From Longimicrobiales bacterium (GTDB lineage: Bacteria > Gemmatimonadota > Gemmatimonadetes > Longimicrobiales > Gaopeijiaceae): a DNA stretch of 64,000 bases. The stretch covers positions 512,001-576,000 of the forward strand of contig JAWLHJ010000003.1 in assembly GCA_041690395.1 (NCBI GenBank), written 5' to 3'. Shown in pieces: positions 40,201 to 49,065 of the stretch; positions within the stretch are counted from its first letter, which is position 1; the number at the start of each line of letters is the position of its first letter. A model generated the notes under the pieces. It was not told the DNA's origin and did no database searches. It saw only the letters and a list, made by a program, of their open reading frames with translations. The position numbers were made by a program, and so were the translations under genes.

Positions 40201-42697
40201 TCCGCCGTCCGAGCCGCACGGCCGAGTGCCCGGTCGAGCCGAAGCACCCACCCCCGTGCCCCCCCTGGTGATGCGGAACGGGTTCGGGGGCTTCACCGAG
40301 GACGGCCGGCAGTACGTGGTCGTCCTCGAGGGAGACGAAGAGACGCCGCTCCCCTGGTCGAACGTGCTCGCGAACCCCGACGTCGGAACCATCGTGAGCA
40401 GCTCCGGTGCCCAGTTCACCTGGTCGGAGAACAGCCGCCAGAACTGCCTGACACCCTACGCCAACGATCCGATCGCGGACCCGACCGGCGAGGCGATATA
40501 CCTCCGCGACGATGTCTCCGGCGCGACGTGGGGAGCGACTCCCGGCCCGGTGCGGCGCACCAGGAATTCGGGGCGTTGGGTCGTGCGCCACGAGGCCGGC
40601 GTGACACGCTATCAACACGCCACGCGGGGCCTCGAGCAGGAATTGGCCGTTTTCGTCGACATCGACGACCCGGTGAAGCAGTCCATGCTCACGCTCACCA
40701 ACCACTCGGACGAGCCGCGCCGCCTCAGCGTCTTCGCCTACGCGGAATGGCGCCTCGGACCGCCACGGACGGGGGAGCGGCGGTTCGTGGTCACGAGCGT
40801 CGACGCACCGACGAATGCGCTGCTCGCGCGCAACGCGTACAACGAGGAGTTCAGCGGACGGGTGGCCTTCTTCCACTCGACGAGGCTGGTGCGGTCCCAC
40901 ACGTGCGACCGCACCGAGTTCATCGGGCGCAACGGGACCCTGGCGGAGCCCGCCGCCCTCGAGCGGGACGGGCTCCAGAACCGCTCGGGCGCCGGGTTGG
41001 ACCCGTGTGGCGCCCTCCAGGTCACGGTGGAAATCCCCCCCGGCGAGTCGCGCCGCATCGCGTTCATACTCGGGCAGGCATCGGACGGCGAGGCCGCATC
41101 GGGCTTCGCGGCCAGGTACGGGTCATTGGCAGAGGTCGAAGCGTCGCTCGCGAGGGTGGGCCGCTTCTGGGACGAGACGCTGGGAGCGGTCCAGGTCCGG
41201 ACGCCGGACGACTCGTTCGATCTCATGGTCAACCGTTGGCTTGTCTATCAGTCACTGAGCTGCCGCGTGTGGGCCCGGAGCGGTCCGTCCCAGCCGGGCG
41301 GCGCGTTCGGCTTCCGTGATCAGCTCCAGGACGTGCTGTCCCTACTGTTCACACGACCGGACTTGTGTCGGGCACACCTGCTGCGAGCCGCGTCCCGCCA
41401 GTTCGTCGAGGGAGACGTGCAGCATTGGTGGCATCCTCCGGCTGGCCGCGGCACACGGACGCGGTGCTCGGACGACCTCCTGTGGCTCCCTTATGCCGTG
41501 GCCGCGTACATCCGACACACGGGTGATACGGGTGTGCTCGACGAGGCCGTCCCGTTCCTCGACGCGCCCCCGCTCACGCCGGAGGAGCAGGAGGTATACA
41601 TCCTGCCCTCGGTGTCGCAGGAGACCGCGCCGCTCTTCGAGCACATGTGCCGCGCCATCGACCGGTCGCTGCGGTACGGGACACACGGTCTGCCCCTGAT
41701 CGGCTCCGGAGACTGGAACGACGGCATGAATCGCGTCGGTGCCGAAGGGCGTGGCGAGAGCGTGTGGCTCGGGTGGTTCCTGGTCGTGGTGCTCAACGAT
41801 ACCGCTGAGCTCTGCGACCTTCGAGGGCGCAACGACGTGGCCCAGCGGTACCGAAGTCAGGCCCGCTGGCTCACCGGCATGCTGGAGCTGGCGTGGGACG
41901 GCAGCTGGTACCGCCGCGCGTACTACGACAATGGGACGCCCCTCGGCTCGGTGCAGAGCGACGAATGCAAGCTCGACTCACTGACGCAGTCGTGGTCCGT
42001 CATCTCCGGGGCCGCCGATACCCGCCGTGCCACCCGTGCCATGGACGCGGTTCGCACCCACCTGGTCCGTCGGGAAGCGCGGCTCGTCCTGCTCCTCACA
42101 CCTCCATTCGACCGCACGCCGCAGGACCCCGGCTATATCAAGGGCTACTTGCCGGGCATCCGCGAGAACGGAGCACAGTACACGCACGCCGCACTCTGGA
42201 CGGTGATCGCCCTGGCACGGCAGGGTCTGGGCGACGAGGCGATGGCGCTCTTCCACATGATCAACCCGATCAACCACGCACGCACTCGCGAGGACGCGGA
42301 GTGGTACAAGGGAGAGCCGTACGTCGTCGCGGCCGACGTATACGCGCACGCCAGCCACGTCGGACGAGGGGGTTGGACGTGGTACACGGGCTCCGCCGGC
42401 TGGATGTATCAGGCCGCGATCGACAGCCTGATGGGGCTCCGGCGTCGGGCGGGCACGTTCTCCATGGACCCCTGCATCCCGGCGATGTGGCCCGAGTGCG
42501 AGATCGATTGGCGTCACGGGGGAAGCCTGTACCGCATCGTGATCGAGAACCCCGAGCGGCAGCAGCGCGGCGTCCGCTCGGCCACGCTCGATGGAGCCGC
42601 GGTCGACCACACCGCGATCCCCCTTCTGGACGACGGTGGCGAGCACGACGTGGTGATCGTGCTGGGGGGGCGGGCAGACGCGTCTCTCATTGTCTGA
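34256..42697 (+). CDS. ndvB: Cyclic beta-1,2-glucan synthase (Cgs/NdvB/ChvB; GT84 + GH94)
   Basis: 2813 aa. [93 protein letters not shown]. Confidence 0.95.
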   Translation: MHSRGPDTSLELLGIEPLEKHARSLAALLTVGRRGRVRGNPHLDRLDDHMRVLRTVYVDLSDDARNGEPSSPAAEWLLDNFHTISAAARDIRHDLPRAFYRRLPSIAADEFAGLPRIYAMAHELIGHSAGRLDPQRLHRFINAFQSVTPLTIGELWAWPSALKLALLDYLRTRADVLAADRACRCEADRIAASPAIAADRRRWPAELPPAFVIRLLRHTREQGLAAGVLRQELDATLAAKGQSLEDAIRSEGRHEATEQAFMSSLIGSLRLISTFDWTEFFESVSLVEQVLQRDPAGVYGHMDFRSRNRYRNAVEELAEPTGDSQLRLALKGVERARQMAEQSPEERGAHVGHYLIGRGRRAFEKSIGWQPDFLSRIRRRFFQYATPSYLGTIALGTISLVAVAVAVAYANGWRSGLLVAIALLAVVPASELTIQILQRVISNLIPPRRIPRLDLTTVPEDDRTMVIVPTMFASVEGVAELIAHLEVQALGNEDERIHFALLSDFRDAPAETLERDTKILAAAKAGIEALNRKHATGRYDRFFLFHRKRLWNEQEGLWMGWERKRGKIEEFNRLLRGATDTSFELHVGNLEILPKVRYCITLDSDTRLPRDAAKELIGIISHPLNRPEFDAEVGRVTDGYGILQPRVSVTYASAAGSLFARLYAGHTGVDPYTTAVSDTYQDLFNEGIFTGKGLYHVDAFMASLEDTVPENALLSHDLFEGLHARVALVSDVEFVDEYPSSVLAHASRQHRWTRGDWQILAWLLPFVPSRRGLKRNPLPLMGRWKILDNLRRSLVTPTLLALLLAAWTVLPAPRWYWMTAVITVIASQLLPILGRLLVGPRRSQSFPVFWRNLRKDAATAMAQVLLGVTFLVYNAWKTLHAIGVTLLRLAVTRRRLLEWETSAASEARSAVLTGRAGLWRAVVQMKVSPLTAVGVGLLVTFVQPTALPSAAPFLLLWLLAPLVAYWLSIPVGPRQRPLTASERAVLRRTARTTWRYFETFVTAESGWLPPDNYQEARSATSTEPQLATRTSPTNIAMGLLSTLAAHDLGYISTECLIGALDRTLTSLEGLERHRGHFLNWYNTRTREPLAPRYVSTVDSGNLAGALMTMAQGVLQLQHQPQTEAQRLEGVLDTAEVLRVLAARERAAKASLLAREAVSAAKVGLSTGSLDELATIRRRLSTEIDVDRTSDVAFWAGALVGAIDGVRRPEADTAEHALMLASLSARMSRMASQMQFGFLYDRRRRLFTIGYRLPDANGPGGPDGAYYDMLASEARLASFVAIAKGDVPQHHWFHLGRMVTSIGGRASLMSWGGTMFEYLMPLLVMRSFPGTLLDQSCRASTVRQMDYGRRRKVPWGISESAYPLTDRAGTYQYKAFGVPGLGLSRGLDEDLVVAPYATALASLVDPGAAADNLEHLTREGGEGRFGYYESIEYRSSRPTGTDSKEVVRAYFSHHQGMSMVALANVLGDDVFVGRFHMDPRVQATELLLQERVPREAIVSEPRPAQGATVTPSAPALASRRFRSPHTASPHTHFFSNGRYTTAVTHAGGGHSMWRDLSVTRCREDRTSDAGAHFIYLRDPWSGEVWSPTYLPSRRDPDEYEVTFELDKATFRRRDGDFETRLEIAVSPEDDVEVRRLTIANHGDVAREIEVTSYAEIVLGRPEDDAAHPAFGKLFIETEYDAQNAGLLFSRRPRGHDETSVWAFHVLGVENRAGGAVEWETDRAQFLGRGHSTYDPVALDGRPLSGTTGAVLDPVAALRDRIRLQPGAFASVTFATGVAPDRDTARALVAKYRDGSAAARAFSMAFTHARVTLEHLGLTDDHAMLFSRVASRVFGTDASCISADDLERNTLAQSHLWGHGISGDLPIVLVCISEMRELSLVRQVLLAQEYWRVKNLRADVVIINDHAADYADEVQRRLSDLVQEPRWAGFRDAPGGIFLMRAEGMAASDRHLLAAVARVVLRGAWGGLSPQLHRPAPWLYEEHGPPSEPHGRVPGRAEAPTPVPPLVMRNGFGGFTEDGRQYVVVLEGDEETPLPWSNVLANPDVGTIVSSSGAQFTWSENSRQNCLTPYANDPIADPTGEAIYLRDDVSGATWGATPGPVRRTRNSGRWVVRHEAGVTRYQHATRGLEQELAVFVDIDDPVKQSMLTLTNHSDEPRRLSVFAYAEWRLGPPRTGERRFVVTSVDAPTNALLARNAYNEEFSGRVAFFHSTRLVRSHTCDRTEFIGRNGTLAEPAALERDGLQNRSGAGLDPCGALQVTVEIPPGESRRIAFILGQASDGEAASGFAARYGSLAEVEASLARVGRFWDETLGAVQVRTPDDSFDLMVNRWLVYQSLSCRVWARSGPSQPGGAFGFRDQLQDVLSLLFTRPDLCRAHLLRAASRQFVEGDVQHWWHPPAGRGTRTRCSDDLLWLPYAVAAYIRHTGDTGVLDEAVPFLDAPPLTPEEQEVYILPSVSQETAPLFEHMCRAIDRSLRYGTHGLPLIGSGDWNDGMNRVGAEGRGESVWLGWFLVVVLNDTAELCDLRGRNDVAQRYRSQARWLTGMLELAWDGSWYRRAYYDNGTPLGSVQSDECKLDSLTQSWSVISGAADTRRATRAMDAVRTHLVRREARLVLLLTPPFDRTPQDPGYIKGYLPGIRENGAQYTHAALWTVIALARQGLGDEAMALFHMINPINHARTREDAEWYKGEPYVVAADVYAHASHVGRGGWTWYTGSAGWMYQAAIDSLMGLRRRAGTFSMDPCIPAMWPECEIDWRHGGSLYRIVIENPERQQRGVRSATLDGAAVDHTAIPLLDDGGEHDVVIVLGGRADASLIV

Positions 42698-42709
42698 CGC
42701 GGACGTCGG

Positions 42710-43633
42710 TCAGCTCTCGAATTCGGCTCCCGGGCTCGCCGGACGGAGGGAGCGAAGGATGGTCGTGGTCACCCACAGCGCCAGCACCGCCAGAACGACG
42801 AAGCCGGCCAGAGGCCCGATGATCTCCGGCGGGTGCAGCACGACGCCAGCCCGAAGCTGCATGATGGTCTGCACCCCGATGAGCGGCGCCAGCATCATCT
42901 CCAACACCAGCAGCGACATCGCGATGAGGTAGCCCAGCGCACGGCGGCGCAGGATGAGGACCCCGGATGCGAAGGCCGCGGGGGCGATGGTCGCGAGGTC
43001 GAGCGCCTCGGTGACCTTCGTGGAGTAGATATCGAGCCGGTCCGGCGTGCGTCCCGCGACGAGCACCGCAAGCAGAGGCACGCTCCAGACCAGAAGCGTG
43101 ACCACGCCGCTCGCGAGCATGAAGATTCCCGGTCCGCGCCTCGGTAGCCTCTCCAGGTCCAACGGCGCCGGGTCCTGTGAGATGCGCCCGTGAAGCTCCG
43201 CGAAGAGGAGGATGAACGCGTAGAGAGTGGCCGAGAAGAGTGCGACGTAGAGCAAGAACAGTGGGTTGTAGACCACCGTGCCAAGGGCGTAGCCGCCGTA
43301 CACGTATAGGAAGTGACCGAGGGCTCCCAGCATGAGCAGAGCCCCGGCCAGCGAGCCACGGCGATAGAGCAGCGCGGATACGAGGAGCAGCGGCACGCCC
43401 AGAACGAGGGTCACGGCATCTGTGCCGCGGGCACCGGCGGCGGAGAAGAGGGTGTCGAATCGGTAGAGCCCCCGGCCGTGGATGAGCGCCACCTGCCCGC
43501 GCAGGGTTTCGAAGGCGTAGGGCTCCCCGGCTCCGTGAAGGGTGAGACCGACGCCTGCAGCCACGGGCGCCAGCAGCAACACCGCCAGCACGAGTCGGAG
43601 GACGACGCCGGAGCGCCCGCTCTTCATATCCAT
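42710..43633 (-). CDS. Multi-pass membrane protein, paralogous to 52437-53288
   Basis: GTDAVTLVLGVP, RGSLAGALLMLG, YNPLFLLYVA, ALDLA. Confidence 0.75.
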   Translation of the reverse strand: MDMKSGRSGVVLRLVLAVLLLAPVAAGVGLTLHGAGEPYAFETLRGQVALIHGRGLYRFDTLFSAAGARGTDAVTLVLGVPLLLVSALLYRRGSLAGALLMLGALGHFLYVYGGYALGTVVYNPLFLLYVALFSATLYAFILLFAELHGRISQDPAPLDLERLPRRGPGIFMLASGVVTLLVWSVPLLAVLVAGRTPDRLDIYSTKVTEALDLATIAPAAFASGVLILRRRALGYLIAMSLLVLEMMLAPLIGVQTIMQLRAGVVLHPPEIIGPLAGFVVLAVLALWVTTTILRSLRPASPGAEFES

Positions 43634-43902
43634 GTCTGTATCATGCACAGACCTGACCGTCGTCGCACCCGCACCGGTGCCCGGGTGCGACATTGGCGCG
43701 CTCCCGGGCCGATTCCGCCAAGCGCATTCCGTCCCCGTCGGCTCTGCAGCCGTCCCGAAACCCGCGCCTTTCAGGGCCGATCGGCCACTTCGCCCTCTCA
43801 CCTCCCGGTGGCATGGACCTTGAGTCTCCATGGTACGTGGAGCGGGGAGACAGGCGAGTCACGCCGCCTTCCCACTTATCCCGAAGAAGAGCGGAGGGCT
43901 CG

Positions 43903-44121
43903 ATGAATAAGGATCAACTCGAAGGCAAGTGGAAGCAGATGAAGGGCCGCGCCAAGCAGAAATGGGGCAAGCTGACCGACGACGATCTCGACGAGATCCA
44001 GGGGCGACAGCAGGTCCTCGTCGGCAAGATCCAGGAACGCTACGGTCACGATCGCGAGGCTGCCACGAAAGCGGTGGACAGTTGGATGAAGGAGCAGGAC
44101 GATCGGCGCTCCTCGCACTGA
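43903..44121 (+). CDS. CsbD/YjbJ-family stress protein
   Basis: MNKDQLEGKWKQMKGRAKQKWGKLTDDDL..GKIQERYG. GGAGG RBS. Confidence 0.95.
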   Translation: MNKDQLEGKWKQMKGRAKQKWGKLTDDDLDEIQGRQQVLVGKIQERYGHDREAATKAVDSWMKEQDDRRSSH

Positions 44122-44177
44122 CTGACCCTCCCGTGGAGGACCATCGTCCTTCGCGACCCCGACAAGGATGGACCAAT

Positions 44178-44906
44178 ATGAAGATTCACAGAATCGCGCC
44201 CGCTGCAGGGCTGGCGCTCCTGGTGTTCGCAGGTGCCTGCGGTGACCAGTCGCGCGATACGGAGCCCGTGCAGGACGAAGCCACGGTCTCGGCCAATGAG
44301 TTCAGGGCCGCCATGAACGAGATGCGCACCGAGCTCCGGTCGACGCTCGACCAGTTCGGCTCGCAGATCTCCGACCTCGACGAGCGCTTCATGAGCACCA
44401 ACGACGAGATGGCTGCGGAGTGGGCCGAGACCCGCGAAGAGCTGAGCTCGTACCGCCAGACCTTGGAAGCCGACCTGGCCAGGCTCGAGAACGCGAGCGA
44501 GGAAGAAGCGGATCAGCTCACGGAAGGGATCGCGTCGGATCTGGAGGAGCTGACGCACAGGGTGGAGCGTGCCGAGCTCGAGTCGGTCGAGGATCCCGGG
44601 GAGTTCGTCTCCGCGGCGCAAGATCGGCTGAATCGGCTCGATCAGGACCTACGCTTGCTCGAGCAGGAGGCACAGGGGCTCCCGATGGACGCCCGCGATG
44701 AGGCTTCCGAGACCATGCAGGAGTTCAGCGCGGCCGCCGCGGAGATTCGGATGCAGCTCGAGGGGCTCGCGCAGGCTTCGGCCGAGCAGATCTCGGACGA
44801 GCGTGAAGAGATCGCGGAGGACGTGAGCTCGCTGACCGCTTCGGTCAAACGAGAGCTCTTCGAAGCACGGCAGCACACGGCCACGGCCACGAGCATGAAC
44901 AACTAG
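44178..44906 (+). CDS. Acidic coiled-coil lipoprotein
   Basis: FAGA-C lipobox, helical E/D-rich repeats. Confidence 0.75.
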   Translation: MKIHRIAPAAGLALLVFAGACGDQSRDTEPVQDEATVSANEFRAAMNEMRTELRSTLDQFGSQISDLDERFMSTNDEMAAEWAETREELSSYRQTLEADLARLENASEEEADQLTEGIASDLEELTHRVERAELESVEDPGEFVSAAQDRLNRLDQDLRLLEQEAQGLPMDARDEASETMQEFSAAAAEIRMQLEGLAQASAEQISDEREEIAEDVSSLTASVKRELFEARQHTATATSMNN

Positions 44907-44928
44907 ACACCCATCGAGGCAACGCACT

Positions 44929-45429
44929 ATGAATCTCCAGTCACTCGACGATCTGCTCGTCCATCAGATCCAGGACATCCTCAGCGCCGAACACCAGGTG
45001 AAGAAGGCTCTTCCGCTCATGGCCAAGGCCGTCGGATCGGACAAGCTCCGCCAGGCGTTCAAGCACCACGAAAAGGAGACCGACGCACAGATCGAGAGGC
45101 TCGAGAAGGTCTTCGAGCTCATGGACCAGCCGGTATCCGCGAGCCACTGCGAGGCGGCCGAAGGGCTCATTACCGAAGCGGAGGACTACCTCGACGGAGA
45201 CGGCGACCGCGACGTGCTGGACGCCGGGCTCGTCACGGCCGCCCAGCGGTTCGAGCACTACGAGATCGCCGCGTATGGCTCGGCCATCTCCTTCGCCCGG
45301 CAGTTGAAGCACCACGAGGTGGCCGACCTTCTCGAGGAGTCTCTCGGCGAAGAGAAAGCTGCCGACGGAAAGCTCACGTCCATCGCGGAGAACGGCGTGA
45401 ACGACGCGGCCATGAAGGCGGGCAGGTAG
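44929..45429 (+). CDS. DUF892 (YciE/YciF) ferritin-like protein
   Basis: DILSAEHQ..ALPLMA..HEKET..RLE..AQRFEHYEIAAYG..EEKAAD. Confidence 0.92.
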   Translation: MNLQSLDDLLVHQIQDILSAEHQVKKALPLMAKAVGSDKLRQAFKHHEKETDAQIERLEKVFELMDQPVSASHCEAAEGLITEAEDYLDGDGDRDVLDAGLVTAAQRFEHYEIAAYGSAISFARQLKHHEVADLLEESLGEEKAADGKLTSIAENGVNDAAMKAGR

Positions 45430-45460
45430 GGCTCGACCAGGCTCGCATCACCGCATCACG

Positions 45461-45505
45461 CCCCGACGTCAGCGCCCCCCCCGGGAGCGCAGGCGTCGGG
45501 GTTTT
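45461..45505 (+). terminator. Rho-independent terminator
   Basis: CCCCGACGTC..GCGC/GCGC..GGCGTCGGGG stem followed by TTTT. Confidence 0.7.
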
Positions 45506-45571
45506 CGCGCGTCATCCCTTCGGGTAGCGGCGCCCGTCGACGTCAGAGGTCCGTATCGATCCCGGACATTG

Positions 45572-45589
45572 ACTGACCGACCGGTCAGT
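45572..45589. promoter_or_regulatory. TetR operator palindrome ACTGACCG-AC-CGGTCAGT
   Basis: Perfect 8-bp arms overlapping TTGACT, upstream of the tetR gene. Confidence 0.75.
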
Positions 45590-45643
45590 ACGATCCTTGG
45601 CACGGACATCACGATCATCGGTGGATCGGAGGGCGCAACGCTC

Positions 45644-46225
45644 GTGAGCAAGCGCGGGGAAAAGGGACGGGCACGGGTAGTCGCCGCCGCGGCGGAAGTG
45701 TTCGAGGAGGCCGGGTTCGAGCGAGCCACCATGGCCCGCGTGGCCGAAGCCGCCGGTGTCTCCAAGGGGCTTCCGTATCACCACTTCGACAGCAAGGAAT
45801 CGCTGGGCCGCGCCGTGGTGGGCCGGCACCTCGAATCGGTCCTGGAGGTGCTGGCGGGGTGGCCGGACGGTCCGCCCGCCGACCGACTCCGCTGGTTCCT
45901 CGAACAGGCCCTGGGCCATGCGCGTACGAATCAGCGCTCGTACCGGCTCTACCTCTCGCTCGCACTCCAACCCTCCACGCGGACGATGGTCATGGAGGAA
46001 GTCGCGCGGCGACATGACGCCCTGGCCGCCGTCGACACGCATCTGGAACGAATCTTCGCTGCTCTCGGGCATCCGAATCCCGAGACGGAAGCGCTCGTGC
46101 TCCGGGCGACCGTGGACGGGCTGATCCAGTATCTGCTCATGGCCCCCGATCAGTTCCCGGTGCAGGAGGCCGTTGCACGCCTCATGAGCCTGCACGGCGC
46201 GCGCGACCACGGAGCGGACGCATGA
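45644..46225 (+). CDS. TetR/AcrR-family regulator
   Basis: FEEAGFERATMARVAEAAGVSKGLPYHHFDSKE. Confidence 0.92.
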   Translation: MSKRGEKGRARVVAAAAEVFEEAGFERATMARVAEAAGVSKGLPYHHFDSKESLGRAVVGRHLESVLEVLAGWPDGPPADRLRWFLEQALGHARTNQRSYRLYLSLALQPSTRTMVMEEVARRHDALAAVDTHLERIFAALGHPNPETEALVLRATVDGLIQYLLMAPDQFPVQEAVARLMSLHGARDHGADA

Positions 46226-47481
46226 GCCGGATCGTCCTCACCAGCTTCGGGTCGTTCGGCGACGTGAATCCATACCTCGGCCTGGGACGCGCGCTGAAGG
46301 CCCGGGGGCACGACGTGCTGCTCGCCGTGCCGGGTACGTACGGAGAAGCGGTCGAGCGCGAGGGGCTCGCCCACCACGCCGTCCGACCGGACCTGGACAT
46401 CCACGACCGGGCTTTCGCCGCCCGGATCATGGATCCGGTCCGCGGAACCGAGGTGACGTTCGGTGAGGTGCTGCTCCCCAACCTGGAAAGGACGGTCGAC
46501 GACCTCACCGAGGCCGTGCGCGGCGCCGACCTGCTCGTGACGCACCCGGCCTCCCTCGCCGGACCGATCGTCGCCGAGGAGCGCGGGCTCCGGTGGGCCT
46601 CCACGGTCCTTGCGCCCATGTCGTTCTTCTCGCGGTTCGACCCCGTCGTTCCGGCCCCGGCCCCGTGGATGCACGCAGTGACCTCACGCTCCCTCACGGC
46701 GTCGCGCATCTTCCGCTGGCAGACGGAGCGGCTGACCCGGAAATGGGCGCAGCCCGTACGCGACTTCCGGCTCTCCCGGGGGCTTCCGGCGGGCGACAAC
46801 GCGATCCTCGACGGGCAGCACTCACCGCATCTGGTGCTGGGGCTCTTCTCGCGCGTCCTGGGTGAGCCCCAACCGGACTGGCCGGAACACGTGGTCGTCA
46901 CAGGGGCGGTCCTCTACAACGGGCCCGGACCCGCCGAGCTCCCCGCTGAGCTCGAGGCCTTCCTCCGGGACGGCGATCCACCCCTGGTTTTCACCCTCGG
47001 GACGTCGGCCGTCGGCTCCGCCGGACCGTTCTACGACGTGAGCGCCGCCGTTGTGGATCGGCTCGGACGGAGGGCCGTGCTGCTCGCGGGGCGGCACACC
47101 GAGAACCGTCCCGAGCGCTTGGATCCGACGCGCGTATTCGTGGCGGACTTCGCCCGGCACGACGCCATCTTCCCACGCGCGTGCGCGATCGTTCACCAAG
47201 GCGGTGCCGGCACCCTCCATCAGGCGCTTCGCGCGGGGCGCCCCACGCTCATCGTGCCCCACGCTCACGACCAGCCCGACAACGCCCATCGAGCGGAGCG
47301 TCTCGGAGTCTCTCGTACCTTGCGTCCCTCGCGGTACCGGCCCGATCGCGTGGAGGCCGAGATCGGAGCCCTGCTCGAGCAGGCGTCGTACCGAGAGCGC
47401 GCCAGGCAGGTCGCCATGACGGTGGCGGCCGAGCCAGGCGTGGACGGAGCGGTCCGTGCGATCGAGGCTCTGTTGACCTGA
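46222..47481 (+). CDS. GT1-family (RhlB/EryCIII-like) glycosyltransferase
   Basis: GSFGDVNPY, FTLGTS, HQGGAGT, PHAHDQPDNA. ATGA overlap with tetR. Confidence 0.9.
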   Translation: MSRIVLTSFGSFGDVNPYLGLGRALKARGHDVLLAVPGTYGEAVEREGLAHHAVRPDLDIHDRAFAARIMDPVRGTEVTFGEVLLPNLERTVDDLTEAVRGADLLVTHPASLAGPIVAEERGLRWASTVLAPMSFFSRFDPVVPAPAPWMHAVTSRSLTASRIFRWQTERLTRKWAQPVRDFRLSRGLPAGDNAILDGQHSPHLVLGLFSRVLGEPQPDWPEHVVVTGAVLYNGPGPAELPAELEAFLRDGDPPLVFTLGTSAVGSAGPFYDVSAAVVDRLGRRAVLLAGRHTENRPERLDPTRVFVADFARHDAIFPRACAIVHQGGAGTLHQALRAGRPTLIVPHAHDQPDNAHRAERLGVSRTLRPSRYRPDRVEAEIGALLEQASYRERARQVAMTVAAEPGVDGAVRAIEALLT

Positions 47482-47605
47482 CGAGTGCCGAGCGGACTCA
47501 TCGGAAACGTCAGAGCTTCGTAAAGGCGCGGGACCTTGAGCGCTCGTTTGGGTAGGCCGAGTGTCCCGAACCCCGGCCGACCACCGACAAGCGACCGTAG
47601 CCGAC

Positions 47606-48931
47606 ATGGATCTGACGCTGCCCTCCGCCGTCCCGACGAGACTCCGCCCGCTCACGGTCGCCTGTCTCTCCATCCTGGCATCGTTCGCGGGAAGCTCGCA
47701 GCCGGCCGCCTCGCAGGTGCCCGGGGCGTTGGAGATGCCTGAACGGCTGGCCGTCTTCCTGGACTGCAACTTCTGCGACGAGACGTTCATCCGGCAGGAG
47801 ATGGCGTACGTGGATTACGTGCGCGATCGGGAGGTGGCCGACGTCCACGTTCTGGTGACCCAGCAGAACACCGGCGCGGGGGGCGAGGCCCAGACCTTCG
47901 ACATCATCGGCCTGGGTCCCTTCCTCGGTATGGATTACTCGACCGTCTACACGACGAACGTGAGCGCGACGGAAGCCGAGGAGCGGGACGGGTTCCTCCG
48001 CACCCTGCAGGCGGTCCTCGTCCCCTATCTCATGCAGACCCCCGTCGGGCAGCGCCTGAGGGTCGAAGTGGATGCCACGGAGGAGGCGGGGTCCGCACAG
48101 GCTCGGCCCCAGGACGACCCCTGGGACCACTGGACCATCGAGATCTACGCGGACGGCAGCGCGGACTTCGAGTCCCAGCAGCAGTCCTTCGACACCCGCT
48201 ACGGAATCTACGCCAACCGGGTGACGGAAGACTGGAAGATCCAGCTCCGGCCGTTCTTCAACTACAACTACGATCGCTTCGAGCGGGATGACGAGACGAT
48301 CAAGAGCACGTCCCGACGCGACGGCTTCACGACGTACGCCGTGCGCAGCATCTCACCGCACTGGTCGGTGGGCGGGTTCGGTGACCTCTTCACGTCGACC
48401 TTCGATAACGTGGACATTCGCTACCGCCTGATGCCGGCCGTGGAGTGGAGCCTGTATCCATACCGGGAAGCCACCCGGCGCCAACTCACCGTCGCCTATC
48501 GGGCGGGCTTCTCGCATATCACGTATCAGGACACGACGATCTACAACGAGATCCAGCAGCTTCTGCCGGAGCACACGTTGACGGCCGGCTACGAAGTGAC
48601 GCAGCCCTGGGGACAGATCGATCTCGGCGTGAACGCCTCGCAGTACCTGCACGAGCTCGAGCGCTACAGCGTCCGGTTCAACGGCAGCTTCGACGTGCGC
48701 GTCACGCAGGGGCTGTCGATCGAGCTCGGGGGGAACGTGGCGTTCATCCACAACCAGCTCAATCTCCCGCGGGGCGACGCCGATCTGGAAGAGGTTCTCC
48801 TACGACGCCGCCAGCTGGAGACCAATTACCAGGCCGGGCTCAGCTTCGGACTTCGCTACCGGTTCGGGTCGATCTACAACAACATCGTGAACCCGCGCTT
48901 CGGCGGAGGCGGGTCGCAGGACCGGTTCTGA
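47606..48931 (+). CDS. Putative outer-membrane beta-barrel protein
   Basis: Signal peptide, FLDCNFCD N-domain, alternating beta strands, YRFGSIYNNIVNPRF end. Confidence 0.7.
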   Translation: MDLTLPSAVPTRLRPLTVACLSILASFAGSSQPAASQVPGALEMPERLAVFLDCNFCDETFIRQEMAYVDYVRDREVADVHVLVTQQNTGAGGEAQTFDIIGLGPFLGMDYSTVYTTNVSATEAEERDGFLRTLQAVLVPYLMQTPVGQRLRVEVDATEEAGSAQARPQDDPWDHWTIEIYADGSADFESQQQSFDTRYGIYANRVTEDWKIQLRPFFNYNYDRFERDDETIKSTSRRDGFTTYAVRSISPHWSVGGFGDLFTSTFDNVDIRYRLMPAVEWSLYPYREATRRQLTVAYRAGFSHITYQDTTIYNEIQQLLPEHTLTAGYEVTQPWGQIDLGVNASQYLHELERYSVRFNGSFDVRVTQGLSIELGGNVAFIHNQLNLPRGDADLEEVLLRRRQLETNYQAGLSFGLRYRFGSIYNNIVNPRFGGGGSQDRF

Positions 48932-49065
48932 CGGCGGGTCCGGTGGGATCGACAGGGCCGGCCGGGTGCCGCATGTTGAGCGACCGGACCCCGTAGCCGA
49001 GTCCATCGCGACATCTCTTCGGGATCATCCGATGTAGGCATTCATGCCCCGGTGAGGGTGTTGCC

